Source: an uncultured Verrucomicrobiae bacterium | GTDB taxonomy: Bacteria > Verrucomicrobiota > Verrucomicrobiia > Chthoniobacterales > UBA10450 | Direction of reading: 5' to 3' | DNA length: 64,000 nucleotides | NCBI GenBank assembly: GCA_963815455.1 | Contig: CAWFGO010000003.1 | Span: 544,001-608,000, forward strand | Shown here: in pieces, positions 30,765 through 40,101 of the stretch | Numbering within the stretch: position 1 is the stretch's first letter | How the letters are laid out: every line of letters starts with the position of its first letter | The notes under the pieces: model-generated | Database searches by the model: none | What the model was told of the DNA's origin: nothing | Seen by the model: only the letters and a program-made list of their open reading frames with translations | Translations under genes and position numbers: made by a program

Positions 30765-31628
30765 ATGAAATCAATTGAACTCCACGGCGGGGGCCGCCTG
30801 ACTCTCGATGAATACGGCGACCCGCGGGGCGAACCGGTGTTTTTCTGTCATGGCTGGCCCAGTTCGCGTACGATGGGGCAACTGACGGATCAATCTGCCC
30901 GCGAACTAGGCGTCCGCATCATTTCGCCGGATCGGCCCGGCATCGCCGAGTCAACGCTCCAATCGGACCGCAAATTACTCGATTGGCCTCCGGTCTTGGA
31001 ACAACTCGCCGATCATCTGGGAATCGATCGGTTTCGCATCCTCGCCATTTCCGGTGGCGCGCCCTACGGGTACGCCACCGCCAAAGCGATGCCCCAACGC
31101 CTGCGCGCACTTGCCATCGTGAGCGGAGCGCCACCGATCGCCAATCTTCGCGATCATAGCGGTTTGCTCCGGCTTTATCGCTGGATGCTCGCGCTTTATC
31201 GAATCAATCCGGAGATTCTGCGAATCTGCTTTCGCGTGGCGCAGCCGTTTGCGTCACGCCGAATCCCGATCCGTTTGCGGCCATTATTTCTGAAATTGTT
31301 CCAAGGCGCCGACGCAGATGTTCTGCGTGATGACGTCGCTTTCGAATGCTGTTTCGAGAGCGCCCGCCGAGCGTGGCGCGGGTCGGTCGAGGGACTGTTG
31401 ATCGACGCTCAGGTCTATGCGGAGCCGTGGGGATTCCGGTTGGAAGATGTCGATGTTCCAGTTCGGTTATGGCACGGAAAAGAGGATCGCGCGTTTTCGT
31501 TCCGAGTCGCGGAAGGAGTGGCCCAGCGTCTGCCGAACTGCGAGGCGCGGATTGTCGAGCATGCCGGGCATTTTTCGTTGCCGATTCGTCACATGCGGGA
31601 AATCCTCGCAGACTTGATCGCGGTTTAG
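30765..31628 (+). CDS. Alpha/beta hydrolase
   Basis: HGWPSSR, DRPG, AISGGAPY, WHGKED, AGHF. Confidence 0.9.
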   Translation: MKSIELHGGGRLTLDEYGDPRGEPVFFCHGWPSSRTMGQLTDQSARELGVRIISPDRPGIAESTLQSDRKLLDWPPVLEQLADHLGIDRFRILAISGGAPYGYATAKAMPQRLRALAIVSGAPPIANLRDHSGLLRLYRWMLALYRINPEILRICFRVAQPFASRRIPIRLRPLFLKLFQGADADVLRDDVAFECCFESARRAWRGSVEGLLIDAQVYAEPWGFRLEDVDVPVRLWHGKEDRAFSFRVAEGVAQRLPNCEARIVEHAGHFSLPIRHMREILADLIAV

Positions 31629-31723
31629 CGTTGGTCGACTTGGCAACGGTTCTCATTAAAACCGGTTAATGAGATATGTAACTTTTTCTATGCCTTGGGC
31701 ACGGGCCACGCTAAAGCATAGTC

Positions 31724-32797
31724 GTGGAAGATTTCACAACAGGCGCGATTGCCAAGGAACCGGTCCGGCGGCAATGGAGCATTGAAGCGCCATTCGACGA
31801 GCGGGTGCGCGAACTGGTGCAGGAATGGGGCGCGGAGAAAACGCCGGAGCTGATCGAGGAGATGATCGTGACGGCGTTGAAGATCGCGCGCGACGAGATG
31901 GGCGTGGCCGATCTCAAGCTGATCAATCGTTCTCTTAAAGAATTGCGCTATGCCGGGAAAGTTTTCGCGCCCTACACCGACGTGCGAAAAGTGGCTGTAT
32001 TCGGCTCCGCCCGGACGGCGCCGGACGCGCCCGTCTATCAGATGGCGGAAGAATTCGGTCGCGAGATTGTGAAGCACAAGTTCATGGTTATTACCGGCGG
32101 CGGCGACGGCATCATGGGCGCTGCCCAGAAAGGCGCGGGCCGGGAAAACAGTTTCGGTCTCAATATTCGGCTGCCGTTCGAGCAAAGAGCGAACCCCGTT
32201 ATCGAAGGCGACGGGAAACTCATCAACTTCAATTACTTTTTTACCCGGAAATTGAATTTTGTGAAAGAAACACATGCGTTGGCACTTTTTCCCGGCGGTT
32301 TCGGGACCATGGACGAAGGCTTTGAAGTGCTCACACTAATGCAAACCGGCAAAGCCCGAATTATCCCGATGGTCCTCCTGGACATGCCCAACGGCAAGTA
32401 TTGGGAGACGTGGATGAAATTTGTCCGCGACGACATGTTCAACCTTGGCTATGTGTCGCCCGAAGATTTTTCTCTCTTCAAACTCTGTCACAACGTGGCC
32501 GAGGCCGTAAACGAGGTCGTGCGATTCTACTCGAATTATCACTCGGTCCGCTGGGTAGGCGACCAGCTCGTCCTGCGGATTCACCGCCGCCTGTCGGACA
32601 AAGCGATTGTCGATCTAAACAAAAAATTCGCCGAGCTCGTGCGCGAAGGCGAAATTGTTCAAGGCAACGCGCTGCCGCCGGAAAAAAATGAGCCGGAAAT
32701 CGCGGACCTGCCCCGGCTGGCCTTGACTCCGCACCGCCGGGATTTTGGCCGGTTTCGGCAACTGATCGACGCGATCAACGCCTCGTCAGTCGTGTGA
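31724..32797 (+). CDS. LOG family protein
   Basis: VFGSART, ITGGGDGIM, PGGFGTMDE. Confidence 0.9.
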   Translation: MEDFTTGAIAKEPVRRQWSIEAPFDERVRELVQEWGAEKTPELIEEMIVTALKIARDEMGVADLKLINRSLKELRYAGKVFAPYTDVRKVAVFGSARTAPDAPVYQMAEEFGREIVKHKFMVITGGGDGIMGAAQKGAGRENSFGLNIRLPFEQRANPVIEGDGKLINFNYFFTRKLNFVKETHALALFPGGFGTMDEGFEVLTLMQTGKARIIPMVLLDMPNGKYWETWMKFVRDDMFNLGYVSPEDFSLFKLCHNVAEAVNEVVRFYSNYHSVRWVGDQLVLRIHRRLSDKAIVDLNKKFAELVREGEIVQGNALPPEKNEPEIADLPRLALTPHRRDFGRFRQLIDAINASSVV

Positions 32798-33967
32798 AAC
32801 CAACTCCGCGGTAGCGACCGGCGCGAGCGACGACGGCATCCGCGCCGAAGCAACGGGCTCGATTTGGGGATGGCGGCAAAGAGATGCATCAACCCGCAGC
32901 TTTTTTTCCATCATCCGATCGAACGAAAAATGTTCGCGAGCGTAATGAAGCGCGTTGGCTGCACAGTGCGCCATTAATTTTGGCTCGGAAACAAATTCCA
33001 GAATGGCCTCGGCCAGGGACTCGGCATCCCCCGGCTCGACGGCCAACCCGTTCTGTCGATCCTCGATGATCTCGGGGATGTCGCCCACCTTGGTGGCCAC
33101 GACCGTGCGGCCGCTGGCGAACGCTTCACGCAAGACAATCGGCGACGCTTCGGTATGCAGAGACGCGATCGCCACCAGGTCGCAAGCCGCGTAAATTTCG
33201 GGCGTATCCCAGCGATAGCCGACCATGAAAATTTTACCGGCCAATCGGTTACGATTGATGGCGTTTCTCACTTTTTCGCCCAGCTTGAACGAACCGGTGC
33301 CCTGCCCAACGATGACAAAGCGGACGTCCGGCCGCTCCTCCAACACCAGGCGGGCCGCTTCCACCAGCACGAGTTGACCCTTATCCGGGCGAATCATCCC
33401 GACGTTCCCGATGAGCGGCGTGTCGGCATCGATACCCATCTCACGCCGGAACTTCATCCTGTCGCGCGACGGATTGAACCGATGCAAATCGACAGCCGAC
33501 CCGATCACCTCGATCCGGCTCGAGTCGATTCCATGTTGCTCCACCAGCTGACGTTTGATGACCGATGCGTCGGCAACAATTTTCGTGCAGGCGTGTTTAA
33601 AAATGAATGCGCGGCCTCGGTTGCTGATCGGGTTCGTGATGCAACGGGCCCGCGTCACCGGTATTCCGCAAAAGTATAAGGGCAACGCGAGCCAGTGGTC
33701 CTTCGAGCTATAGGTCTTGATCAGATCTATTTTCCGTCGCCGGCAAAATCTCCAAAGCCGCCAGGAACAGACTGGATCCATCCGATGCTGCATCGGCATG
33801 GTCAGCACCCGGGTGTCGATGGCGCGAGCTTTGACGACGACCTCGCTTCTCGGATCGCAGATCAGCCAGGCCCGATGACCATGGGCATTAAGCCAATTGA
33901 TTTCGAGACAGGTTCGATATTCCTGCCCGCCCCAGCTTCGGCTGCTTTCCAAGTAAAGAATGTTCAC
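32786..33967 (-). CDS. GT4 glycosyltransferase
   Basis: WGGQE, IRPDKGQ, EASPIVLREA, ATKVGDIPEII. Confidence 0.9.
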   Translation of the reverse strand: MNILYLESSRSWGGQEYRTCLEINWLNAHGHRAWLICDPRSEVVVKARAIDTRVLTMPMQHRMDPVCSWRLWRFCRRRKIDLIKTYSSKDHWLALPLYFCGIPVTRARCITNPISNRGRAFIFKHACTKIVADASVIKRQLVEQHGIDSSRIEVIGSAVDLHRFNPSRDRMKFRREMGIDADTPLIGNVGMIRPDKGQLVLVEAARLVLEERPDVRFVIVGQGTGSFKLGEKVRNAINRNRLAGKIFMVGYRWDTPEIYAACDLVAIASLHTEASPIVLREAFASGRTVVATKVGDIPEIIEDRQNGLAVEPGDAESLAEAILEFVSEPKLMAHCAANALHYAREHFSFDRMMEKKLRVDASLCRHPQIEPVASARMPSSLAPVATAELVSHD

Positions 33968-33994
33968 GTGAGTTTAGATCGACAATCGCCAAGT

Positions 33995-34264
33995 TTAGCC
34001 GGTTGCCCCGCGTTTTTCGAGAATATAATCGTGGATCGTATTGACGCTCTTGAGCGCTTTCCCGGCGACTTCCGAGTTTGGCACACCCACTCCGAAGGTC
34101 TTTTCCATGCTGACGGCCAGTTCCAGTGCATCGATGGAATCCAGCCCAAGCCCATTCGGGCCAAACAAAGGCAGATCGTCGCCGATTTTATCGACAGTGG
34201 TTTGCAGCATCAGATTTTTCACCAGCATCTCCTTGATACGAGTGCGTAGATCGGGCTCGGACAT
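33995..34264 (-). CDS. Acyl carrier protein
   Basis: LGLDSIDALEL phosphopantetheine motif. Confidence 0.88.
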   Translation of the reverse strand: MSEPDLRTRIKEMLVKNLMLQTTVDKIGDDLPLFGPNGLGLDSIDALELAVSMEKTFGVGVPNSEVAGKALKSVNTIHDYILEKRGATG

Positions 34265-34332
34265 AACGGAAGGGGCGACTTTGTCGCAAACTGCGTGTCG
34301 GGTCAAACGTGTAGAGGCGGCCGCATGGCCAA

Positions 34333-34454
34333 GGTGGATCGGCCGCTCCGTCGGGCGATGCCAAAACAAATGCGGCTTCGCCGCCTTAATTATCATCGAG
34401 CTCGCCACAGGACGACTCCGTCCGACTGGCGGACAAGAGACTGCTCAATCCACC
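34333..34454. repeat. REP-like family C (GGTGGATCG...ATCCACC)
   Basis: Related copies at 15556-15645 (inside a CDS), 40561-40646 and, more diverged, ~51218-51310. Confidence 0.8.
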
Positions 34455-34455
34455 G

Positions 34456-34779
34456 CTACACCTGATCGACCTTGTCGCCGGGCGTGATCGCTTGATTGGG
34501 ATCGGGCTGCACCGCGCTGCTCGCAGGCGTGTCCGCAACTCGCGGAATAGTTGATTGGGCCGGTTTCACTTCCGGCTTGCCAGTCTCCCCTTCGGTTTTG
34601 CCGGCCTTATGCAGCTCGTCGTTAAACTCGTCCTTGGCTTTTTGAAACTCTTTCACGGCCTGCCCCATTCCCCGCGCAAGCTCGGGCAATTTTTTCGCGC
34701 CGAACAAAACAAGGACGATCAACAGAATGACGATCAAATCCGGCCCGGCCAAATTCATAAAGCTGGCGATAAGGCTCAT
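34456..34779 (-). CDS. tatA: Twin-arginine translocase TatA/TatE
   Basis: LVLFGAKKLPELARGMGQAVKEFQKA. Confidence 0.9.
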   Translation of the reverse strand: MSLIASFMNLAGPDLIVILLIVLVLFGAKKLPELARGMGQAVKEFQKAKDEFNDELHKAGKTEGETGKPEVKPAQSTIPRVADTPASSAVQPDPNQAITPGDKVDQV

Positions 34780-34841
34780 AAGGTGGCCCAAACATCAGAC
34801 CGTTTGCCCGACTTGCAAGGGGATTTCGGTGGGCCAGCTTA

Positions 34842-34913
34842 ACCACGAATGAACACGAATAAACACGAATTCGAATCCCCTCTATTCGTATCCATTCGTG
34901 TTCATTCGTGGTT
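34842..34913. repeat. Inverted pair of ACACGAAT tandem repeats
   Basis: CACGAATGAACACGAATAAACACGAAT...ATTCGTGTTCATTCGTGG. Confidence 0.8.
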
Positions 34914-34989
34914 GATTCCCTTCCAGCACGCAATCTGCTGGAATTTGACAGGTCCACCCGATTGTGGGAAAAAGGCAATCCCTAGCAAT

Positions 34990-35853
34990 ATGCGTCCGAT
35001 TTGGAAAGGCAGTATCAGCTTTGGGCTGGTTTACATCCCGGTGGCCGTTTACCCGGCTACGCGTGAGGAGAAAATTAGTTTCCGTCAACTTCGCTCCAGC
35101 GATCTGAGCCCGATCAAATACAAAAAGGTCGCGGAGGCCGATTCGAAAGAAGTCTCGGCCGATCAGATCGTCAAAGGTTTCGAGTACGAGCGGGGCCGCT
35201 ACGTAGTGATGAAGGACGAAGACTTCGAGAAAGTCCGGATCGAATCGACCCACTCCATCGACATCACCGACTTCGTCGAGGTCGAGCAGGTCGATCCGAA
35301 GTTCTTCTACAAACCGTATTTCCTCGAGCCGCAGAAAGGCGGCGAGAAAGCCTACACCGTCTTGCACAAGGCGCTCAGCGGCACGGGCAAGATCGGCGTG
35401 GCCAAGGTCGTGATCAGCAATCGCGAGCATCTGGCGGCGGTGAAGCCGGACGGACTGTTTCTGATCCTGGAGCTGATGCATTTCGCCAGCGAGATCATGA
35501 GCACGGAGATTTTGAAAAATGGCGCAGCCACGGCCGTGACCGACAAGGAATTGAAAATGGCGCAGGCGCTCATCGAGACCATGACCGTCCAGTGGACCCC
35601 GGAAAAATACCGCGACGAATATCGGACGGCGCTGATGGAAATCATCGAGCAGAAAGCGCAGAACAAACAGATCGCCGCCAAAGCCCCCGCCCCGCCCACG
35701 CCCACGAACGTTGTCGATCTTGTCAAAGTCCTGCAGGACAGCCTCAACCGGAGCCAATCGCTCAAGCAAAAGCGCAGCCCCGCTCGCTCGAATGGCCGCC
35801 GCTCCACCAGCGCGCTGATCAAGCAAAAGCGACGTGCCGGCGCCCTGGGCTGA
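34990..35853 (+). CDS. ku: NHEJ DNA end-binding protein Ku
   Basis: MRPIWKGSISFGLVYIPV, IVKGFEYE, KPYFLEP, NVVDL, basic tail. Confidence 0.95.
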   Translation: MRPIWKGSISFGLVYIPVAVYPATREEKISFRQLRSSDLSPIKYKKVAEADSKEVSADQIVKGFEYERGRYVVMKDEDFEKVRIESTHSIDITDFVEVEQVDPKFFYKPYFLEPQKGGEKAYTVLHKALSGTGKIGVAKVVISNREHLAAVKPDGLFLILELMHFASEIMSTEILKNGAATAVTDKELKMAQALIETMTVQWTPEKYRDEYRTALMEIIEQKAQNKQIAAKAPAPPTPTNVVDLVKVLQDSLNRSQSLKQKRSPARSNGRRSTSALIKQKRRAGALG

Positions 35854-35855
35854 TC

Positions 35856-35914
35856 GGATTAGGCGAACAAATGTTCGCTTTTAATTACGAACGTTCGTCT
35901 ACTTCTCGTTAGGT
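35856..35914 (+). other. Array leader, putative attI-like site ending in GTTAGGT
   Basis: GTTRRRY core at 35908; similar to 63089-63156. Confidence 0.45.
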
Positions 35915-35919
35915 CTTGA

Positions 35920-36342
35920 ATGCCCTCGTTTTTGCGCTTCCAGACAAAGTTGCCTGACCGGGATTCCGGCAAACCGACCGGTATCTTCGTAGTCGCCCAC
36001 GAGCTCCGCGACAGTGATCGGGTCTCGCGGGAAGAGGAAGAGTGGCTCAGGAGTTGCCTCGCTTGGTTCAAAATGCATTTGAAAGTGCCACGCTGTTTGC
36101 GAGATCCAGCAAACCGCCGCGCGATCTCCTGGTTCAAGGGAGACAACCGCAACGCGATTTCGCGCATCTGGGATCTCGTCGCCTTTCTAAAAGATTATGG
36201 CATCTTCATCGACATAGTGCGCACACGCGACCCTGGGATCATTATTTACGAAGATGGCTATCAGGTCGTGGCGAAGCCGCGCCGAAAGAGACCTAACCAA
36301 ACGATGCAGCCAACCACTGGACGGCGTACGGCCTCGCGTTAA
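35920..36342 (+). CDS. Gene cassette 1: hypothetical protein
   Basis: ATG 5 nt after the GTTAGGT core; stop lies inside attC1. Confidence 0.75.
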   Translation: MPSFLRFQTKLPDRDSGKPTGIFVVAHELRDSDRVSREEEEWLRSCLAWFKMHLKVPRCLRDPANRRAISWFKGDNRNAISRIWDLVAFLKDYGIFIDIVRTRDPGIIIYEDGYQVVAKPRRKRPNQTMQPTTGRRTASR

Positions 36343-36414
36343 ATTTATGAAAGCACCTCCCTTGCAGGCCACACGCGCTCTCGCCAGCGGTGGCTGATCT
36401 TGTTCTCGTTAGAC
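36291..36414 (+). mobile_element. attC site 1 (124 bp)
   Basis: R'' ACCTAAC ... R' GTTAGAC; inner complementarity CAGCCA/TGGCTG and CTGG/CCAG. Confidence 0.85.
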
Positions 36415-36421
36415 CTAAAGC

Positions 36422-36763
36422 GTGTCATCAATCCCCTTTGCTCTTTGTGCAGCGATGTTCTGTCTTGCACTAACAAGCTGCGAGAGGAGATCAGCGACCC
36501 CCGAGGATTTCCGCCGCGGTGATGAGATCGTTGCGGCGCTTCAGAAGTATCGTGCTGACCATGGCCACTATCCTGACACACTAGGCCCATTGGCACCTGA
36601 CTATATTCGCGAGATCAAAGACCCGGATTATGGCGAACGGCGATGGGATTACATCCATTATTGCGAGAAAGATACCTACGCTCTTTTCATGTGGACCTCG
36701 ACGAAGGCGGGCTGCGGCTACAACGTACCCGATTCCAAATGGACGCGGATCGACAATTCTTGA
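36422..36763 (+). CDS. Gene cassette 2: lipoprotein with pseudopilin GspG-like segment
   Basis: Lipobox LTSC; EIVAALQKYRADHGHYPDTL..LAPDYI. Confidence 0.65.
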   Translation: MSSIPFALCAAMFCLALTSCERRSATPEDFRRGDEIVAALQKYRADHGHYPDTLGPLAPDYIREIKDPDYGERRWDYIHYCEKDTYALFMWTSTKAGCGYNVPDSKWTRIDNS

Positions 36764-36779
36764 TGAAGCGACGCAACAG

Positions 36780-36903
36780 GTCTAACCAGACGGTCGAGCG
36801 AACGGCGGCTGGCCTTGTGTTCGACACTTTGAGTAGCTAGTATCTTTCTCATGCAATCTACGCGCCCTCTCCGCCGCCGTCGCTCATCTTGTTCTCGTTA
36901 GGC
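36780..36903 (+). mobile_element. attC site 2 (124 bp)
   Basis: R'' GTCTAAC ... R' GTTAGGC; inner GAGCGAACGGCGGC pairs with GCCGCCGTCGCTC. Confidence 0.85.
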
Positions 36904-36919
36904 CGACAGCGAAAATGCA

Positions 36920-37303
36920 ATGAAACGCACATGGACAATCATCGGCGTGAGTGACGTTCCGGGGAGCTTCAAATGGTACCAGTCGCTCTTCGGCCAGCCC
37001 CAGACGCAGCCGGGCCACGACTACTTTGGTCAGATCCTGGATACGGATGGAACCGTTTTGCTCTGTCTCCACCAGTGGGGCGCGCACGAGCATCCCTCCT
37101 TGATGAGTCCGAGCCAGGCGCCACCTGGCAACGGGCTCCTCTTGTTCTTCCGCGTCGACGACTACGACAAGGCCCTGAACAGGGCACGCGCTTTCGTCGC
37201 CCGATTCGAGGAGGAGCCCCACGTGAACCCGAACACTCGAACAAGGGAGTTCTCACTCCGGGATCCGGACGGATACTACGTCACGATCAGCGCTGATCGT
37301 TAG
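36920..37303 (+). CDS. Cassette 3a: VOC/glyoxalase family protein
   Basis: IGVSDVPGSFKWY...REFSLRDPDGY. Confidence 0.85.
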   Translation: MKRTWTIIGVSDVPGSFKWYQSLFGQPQTQPGHDYFGQILDTDGTVLLCLHQWGAHEHPSLMSPSQAPPGNGLLLFFRVDDYDKALNRARAFVARFEEEPHVNPNTRTREFSLRDPDGYYVTISADR

Positions 37304-37344
37304 GCTTATGCAGTGCAGCGTCAGAATCAACTCAACATAACCAA

Positions 37345-37782
37345 ATGCCCACAAAACCAATTCCTGACGGATTCCACGCCGTTACTCCCTATCTATTCGC
37401 CCAAGGTGCTTCGCGGTTGATTGAGTTCATCTCCGCGGCATTCCACGGCGAGGTGATCTTCCGACAAACCCGGCCAGATGGCGCAATCATGCACGCCACA
37501 ATGCGAATCGGAGACTCGATGCTCATGCTGGCCGACCCAACCCCACAGTTTGGACCGATGCCCGCCTCGATCTATCTGTACGTGCACGACTCCGACACCG
37601 TTTATCATTCCGCGCTCAAGGCAGGCGGAGTTTCTGTTTTTCCCATCATGACGTTGCCTTCGGGTGAACGGTATGGCGGCGTCAAAGATCCCTGCGGCAA
37701 CATTTGGTGGGTTGCCACCCACGTCGAGGATGTTCCTCTCGACGAGCAGGAACGACGCTGGAAAGAATTCAAAATGCCATGA
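37345..37782 (+). CDS. Cassette 3b: VOC (PhnB-like) protein
   Basis: PDGFHAVTPYL, IMHATMRIGDS, GERYGGVKDPCGNIWW. Confidence 0.88.
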   Translation: MPTKPIPDGFHAVTPYLFAQGASRLIEFISAAFHGEVIFRQTRPDGAIMHATMRIGDSMLMLADPTPQFGPMPASIYLYVHDSDTVYHSALKAGGVSVFPIMTLPSGERYGGVKDPCGNIWWVATHVEDVPLDEQERRWKEFKMP

Positions 37783-37802
37783 GTCAAGCGAATCTGAACC
37801 CG

Positions 37803-37941
37803 GCCTAACCATTCGATACAGCCAACCGCTGGCCGCTGTACTGAGAAGGTTGAGGGTTGAGAGATGATAGTTGAGAGTAAAGCAAAGCTCGCCATACAAC
37901 TCCGGCGTGTCTGCCACGACACCCTGCCGCAGCTCATCTCT
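37803..37941 (+). mobile_element. Degenerate attC site 3 (R' missing)
   Basis: R'' GCCTAAC plus CAGCCAACCGCTGG; ends at GCAGCTCATCTCT with no GTTRRRY. Confidence 0.6.
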
Positions 37942-38036
37942 GAGCGCAGCAAGGAAGGTAGTGAGCTTCGCCATCTGCTTATAAAGGGCAGAGTCGACGA
38001 ACAGGTCGGGTTCGGCTAAGAAATAAGGCCGCTGAA

Positions 38037-38681
38037 ATGAAAACGCTTGGTCATTTATTCGAGAACAACAAAGCCTGGGTTGAACGCATCCGGAAGCAGG
38101 ACCGGGATTTTTTCGTTAAGCTTTCGCGTCAGCAATCGCCCAATTATCTGTGGATCGGTTGCGCCGACAGCCGGGTTCCGGCCAATGAGATCGTCGGGCT
38201 TCTCCCGGGCGAGTTGTTTGTTCATCGTAATGTCGCCAATCTGGTGGTTCACACCGATCTAAATTGTCTGTCGGTGATTCAGTTTGCAGTGGACGTGCTG
38301 AAGGTGAGCCACATCATCGTGTGCGGTCATTATGGATGCGGCGGGGTGAAAGCGGCGTTTCACGGCGACCGAGTTGGCTTGAGCGATAACTGGCTGCGTC
38401 ATGTGAAGGATGTGCGCGACAAACACCTTCGCCACCTGCCAGTTGCCAGAAAAGATGACGATGCCGTCGATCGCCTTTGCGAGTTCAACGTCATCGAGCA
38501 GGTCACGAATGTCTGCCAGACCACAATCGTGCAGGATGCCTGGGAGCGCGGCCAGAGCCTGGCGGTGCACGGCTGGATCTACGAACTGAAGGATGGACTT
38601 CTGCGCGATTTGAAAATGACCATTAGCGGCGTCGATGAGGTTCGCCCCGCCTACCAGGCTGCGATTTCAGCCGCGACCTAG
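38037..38681 (+). CDS. can: Beta-class carbonic anhydrase
   Basis: WIGCADSRVP, GELFVHRNVAN, CGHYGCGG. Confidence 0.95.
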   Translation: MKTLGHLFENNKAWVERIRKQDRDFFVKLSRQQSPNYLWIGCADSRVPANEIVGLLPGELFVHRNVANLVVHTDLNCLSVIQFAVDVLKVSHIIVCGHYGCGGVKAAFHGDRVGLSDNWLRHVKDVRDKHLRHLPVARKDDDAVDRLCEFNVIEQVTNVCQTTIVQDAWERGQSLAVHGWIYELKDGLLRDLKMTISGVDEVRPAYQAAISAAT

Positions 38682-39910
38682 GAAGGTCGGCCCGCGGCGG
38701 CTGGAGCGTGCTGTGAAACCGCGCTGGCAGCATGTTGCGCTTGCAAGATAGTTTCCATCGGTTCGGGAATGTTTAGTTTTAGCCCGGAAGGTTTATCGGT
38801 GTAGTCCATCCCACGACGCTTCTTAAGAAGATCGACATCGCGACGAACCCGGCTCCGGTTCGTGCAGTAGATCATTACCGTTTCTTCGGAAATCAAGTCG
38901 GCCTCGAATGCCCGGAGCAGCGATTGATCGAAAGTGTGCCAACCAAGCGTGGATCCGGATTCCATCATTTCGGCAAAGGTTTTGTTTTCCGATTCGCCGT
39001 AAACAATTGCCTCGCGCGTGCGCAGGCTGCTGCCCATCACTTCCGTTACCAGCAGACGGCCCCCGCCCGTCTTGCTGACGAGACGCTGGCTGGCGATGTA
39101 ACGCACCGTTTCCGAGAGACGCTGGCGGACCTGCGATTCTTCTTCGCGTGGAAACATTCCGAGAATTCGACCGATGGTTTGCCCGGCATTGACAGTGTGA
39201 AGGGTGCTGAACACCAAATGGCCGGTTTCGCTCGCCGACATGGCGATCTCCATCGAGTCACGGTCGCGAATCTCGCCCACGAAAATTACCTTTGGCGCCT
39301 GGCGCAGGGAGGCGCGCAGTCCATCCGCATACGTGGGAAAATCTTTGCCCAGTTCTCGCTGATTAATGACTGCCTTCTTATGCCGATGTTGATATTCAAC
39401 CGGGTCCTCCAGCGTGACGATGTGAATTGCCTGCGTCTCGTTAAGCGCGTCGAGCAACGCGGCCAGAGTCGTGCTCTTGCCCGAGCCCGTGCTGCCGGTA
39501 ATCAAAACGATCCCATCTTTTTCTTTTGCAAATTCATGGAAAACCGGCGCCAACTGGAGGCCTTCCAACGTTGGGATTTGTGAATCGAGCTTGCGCATGA
39601 CGACGGCATGCCGGCCGTTTTGCCTAAAGATGTTGACTCGAAATCGCGCCACGCTGTCGATGGCATAGCTGCAGTCGCACGAGCCCAACCGATCAAAGTC
39701 CCGGAGCAACCGCTCGTTGCCGCCGATGATATGATCAGCCAGCGTCTGGATCTGATCGGAAGTGAGGACCCCCGTATCGACGGCGAATTCATTCAACCGG
39801 CCGTGGATTTCGACCAAGGGCGGCTTGCCGGCGACGAAAATAAGGTCGGAAACGCTGTCGCTTACCCTCAGCATTGCGGAAAGCAACGCATGAATCGTTT
39901 CCTTGTTCAT
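38678..39910 (-). CDS. PilT/PilU family ATPase
   Basis: GSTGSGKSTT, TLEDPVE, LRQAPKVIFVGEIRD, TGHLVFSTLH. Confidence 0.9.
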   Translation of the reverse strand: MNKETIHALLSAMLRVSDSVSDLIFVAGKPPLVEIHGRLNEFAVDTGVLTSDQIQTLADHIIGGNERLLRDFDRLGSCDCSYAIDSVARFRVNIFRQNGRHAVVMRKLDSQIPTLEGLQLAPVFHEFAKEKDGIVLITGSTGSGKSTTLAALLDALNETQAIHIVTLEDPVEYQHRHKKAVINQRELGKDFPTYADGLRASLRQAPKVIFVGEIRDRDSMEIAMSASETGHLVFSTLHTVNAGQTIGRILGMFPREEESQVRQRLSETVRYIASQRLVSKTGGGRLLVTEVMGSSLRTREAIVYGESENKTFAEMMESGSTLGWHTFDQSLLRAFEADLISEETVMIYCTNRSRVRRDVDLLKKRRGMDYTDKPSGLKLNIPEPMETILQAQHAASAVSQHAPAAAGRPS

Positions 39911-40101
39911 TTCCCGCGGGAGAACAAAGCTTGGATCGTGCCGAATCGGCGACGGCTTGGGGTAATTATCCGCTAAAACCGCGCCGGCCAGCGAGCAGGG
40001 CAAGATCTTGCCTACGATGCGCTTGGAAGACGTTCCAAAGGGTCAAATTCCAAAGCGTAACCGGAGCCTTCTGCCCTCCTTCCGGCTTCCTCGTTTCCAG
40101 C

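Noticed and set aside
34882..35826. Long antisense ORFs (also 7128-7982, 24261-25055, 5795-6583, 28055-28756)
   Set aside because: Shadow ORFs opposite well-supported genes in GC-rich DNA, with no recognisable motifs
35864..35877. CGAAC-AAAT-GTTCG, matching the Firmicutes-type LexA box
   Set aside because: This lineage appears to use TGTTC-N4-GAACA, and the exact box is not kept in the second leader; treated as part of the leader
36291..37941. attC and REP repeats as a CRISPR array
   Set aside because: Repeats are degenerate and separated by whole genes; no cas genes and no regular spacers anywhere in the window
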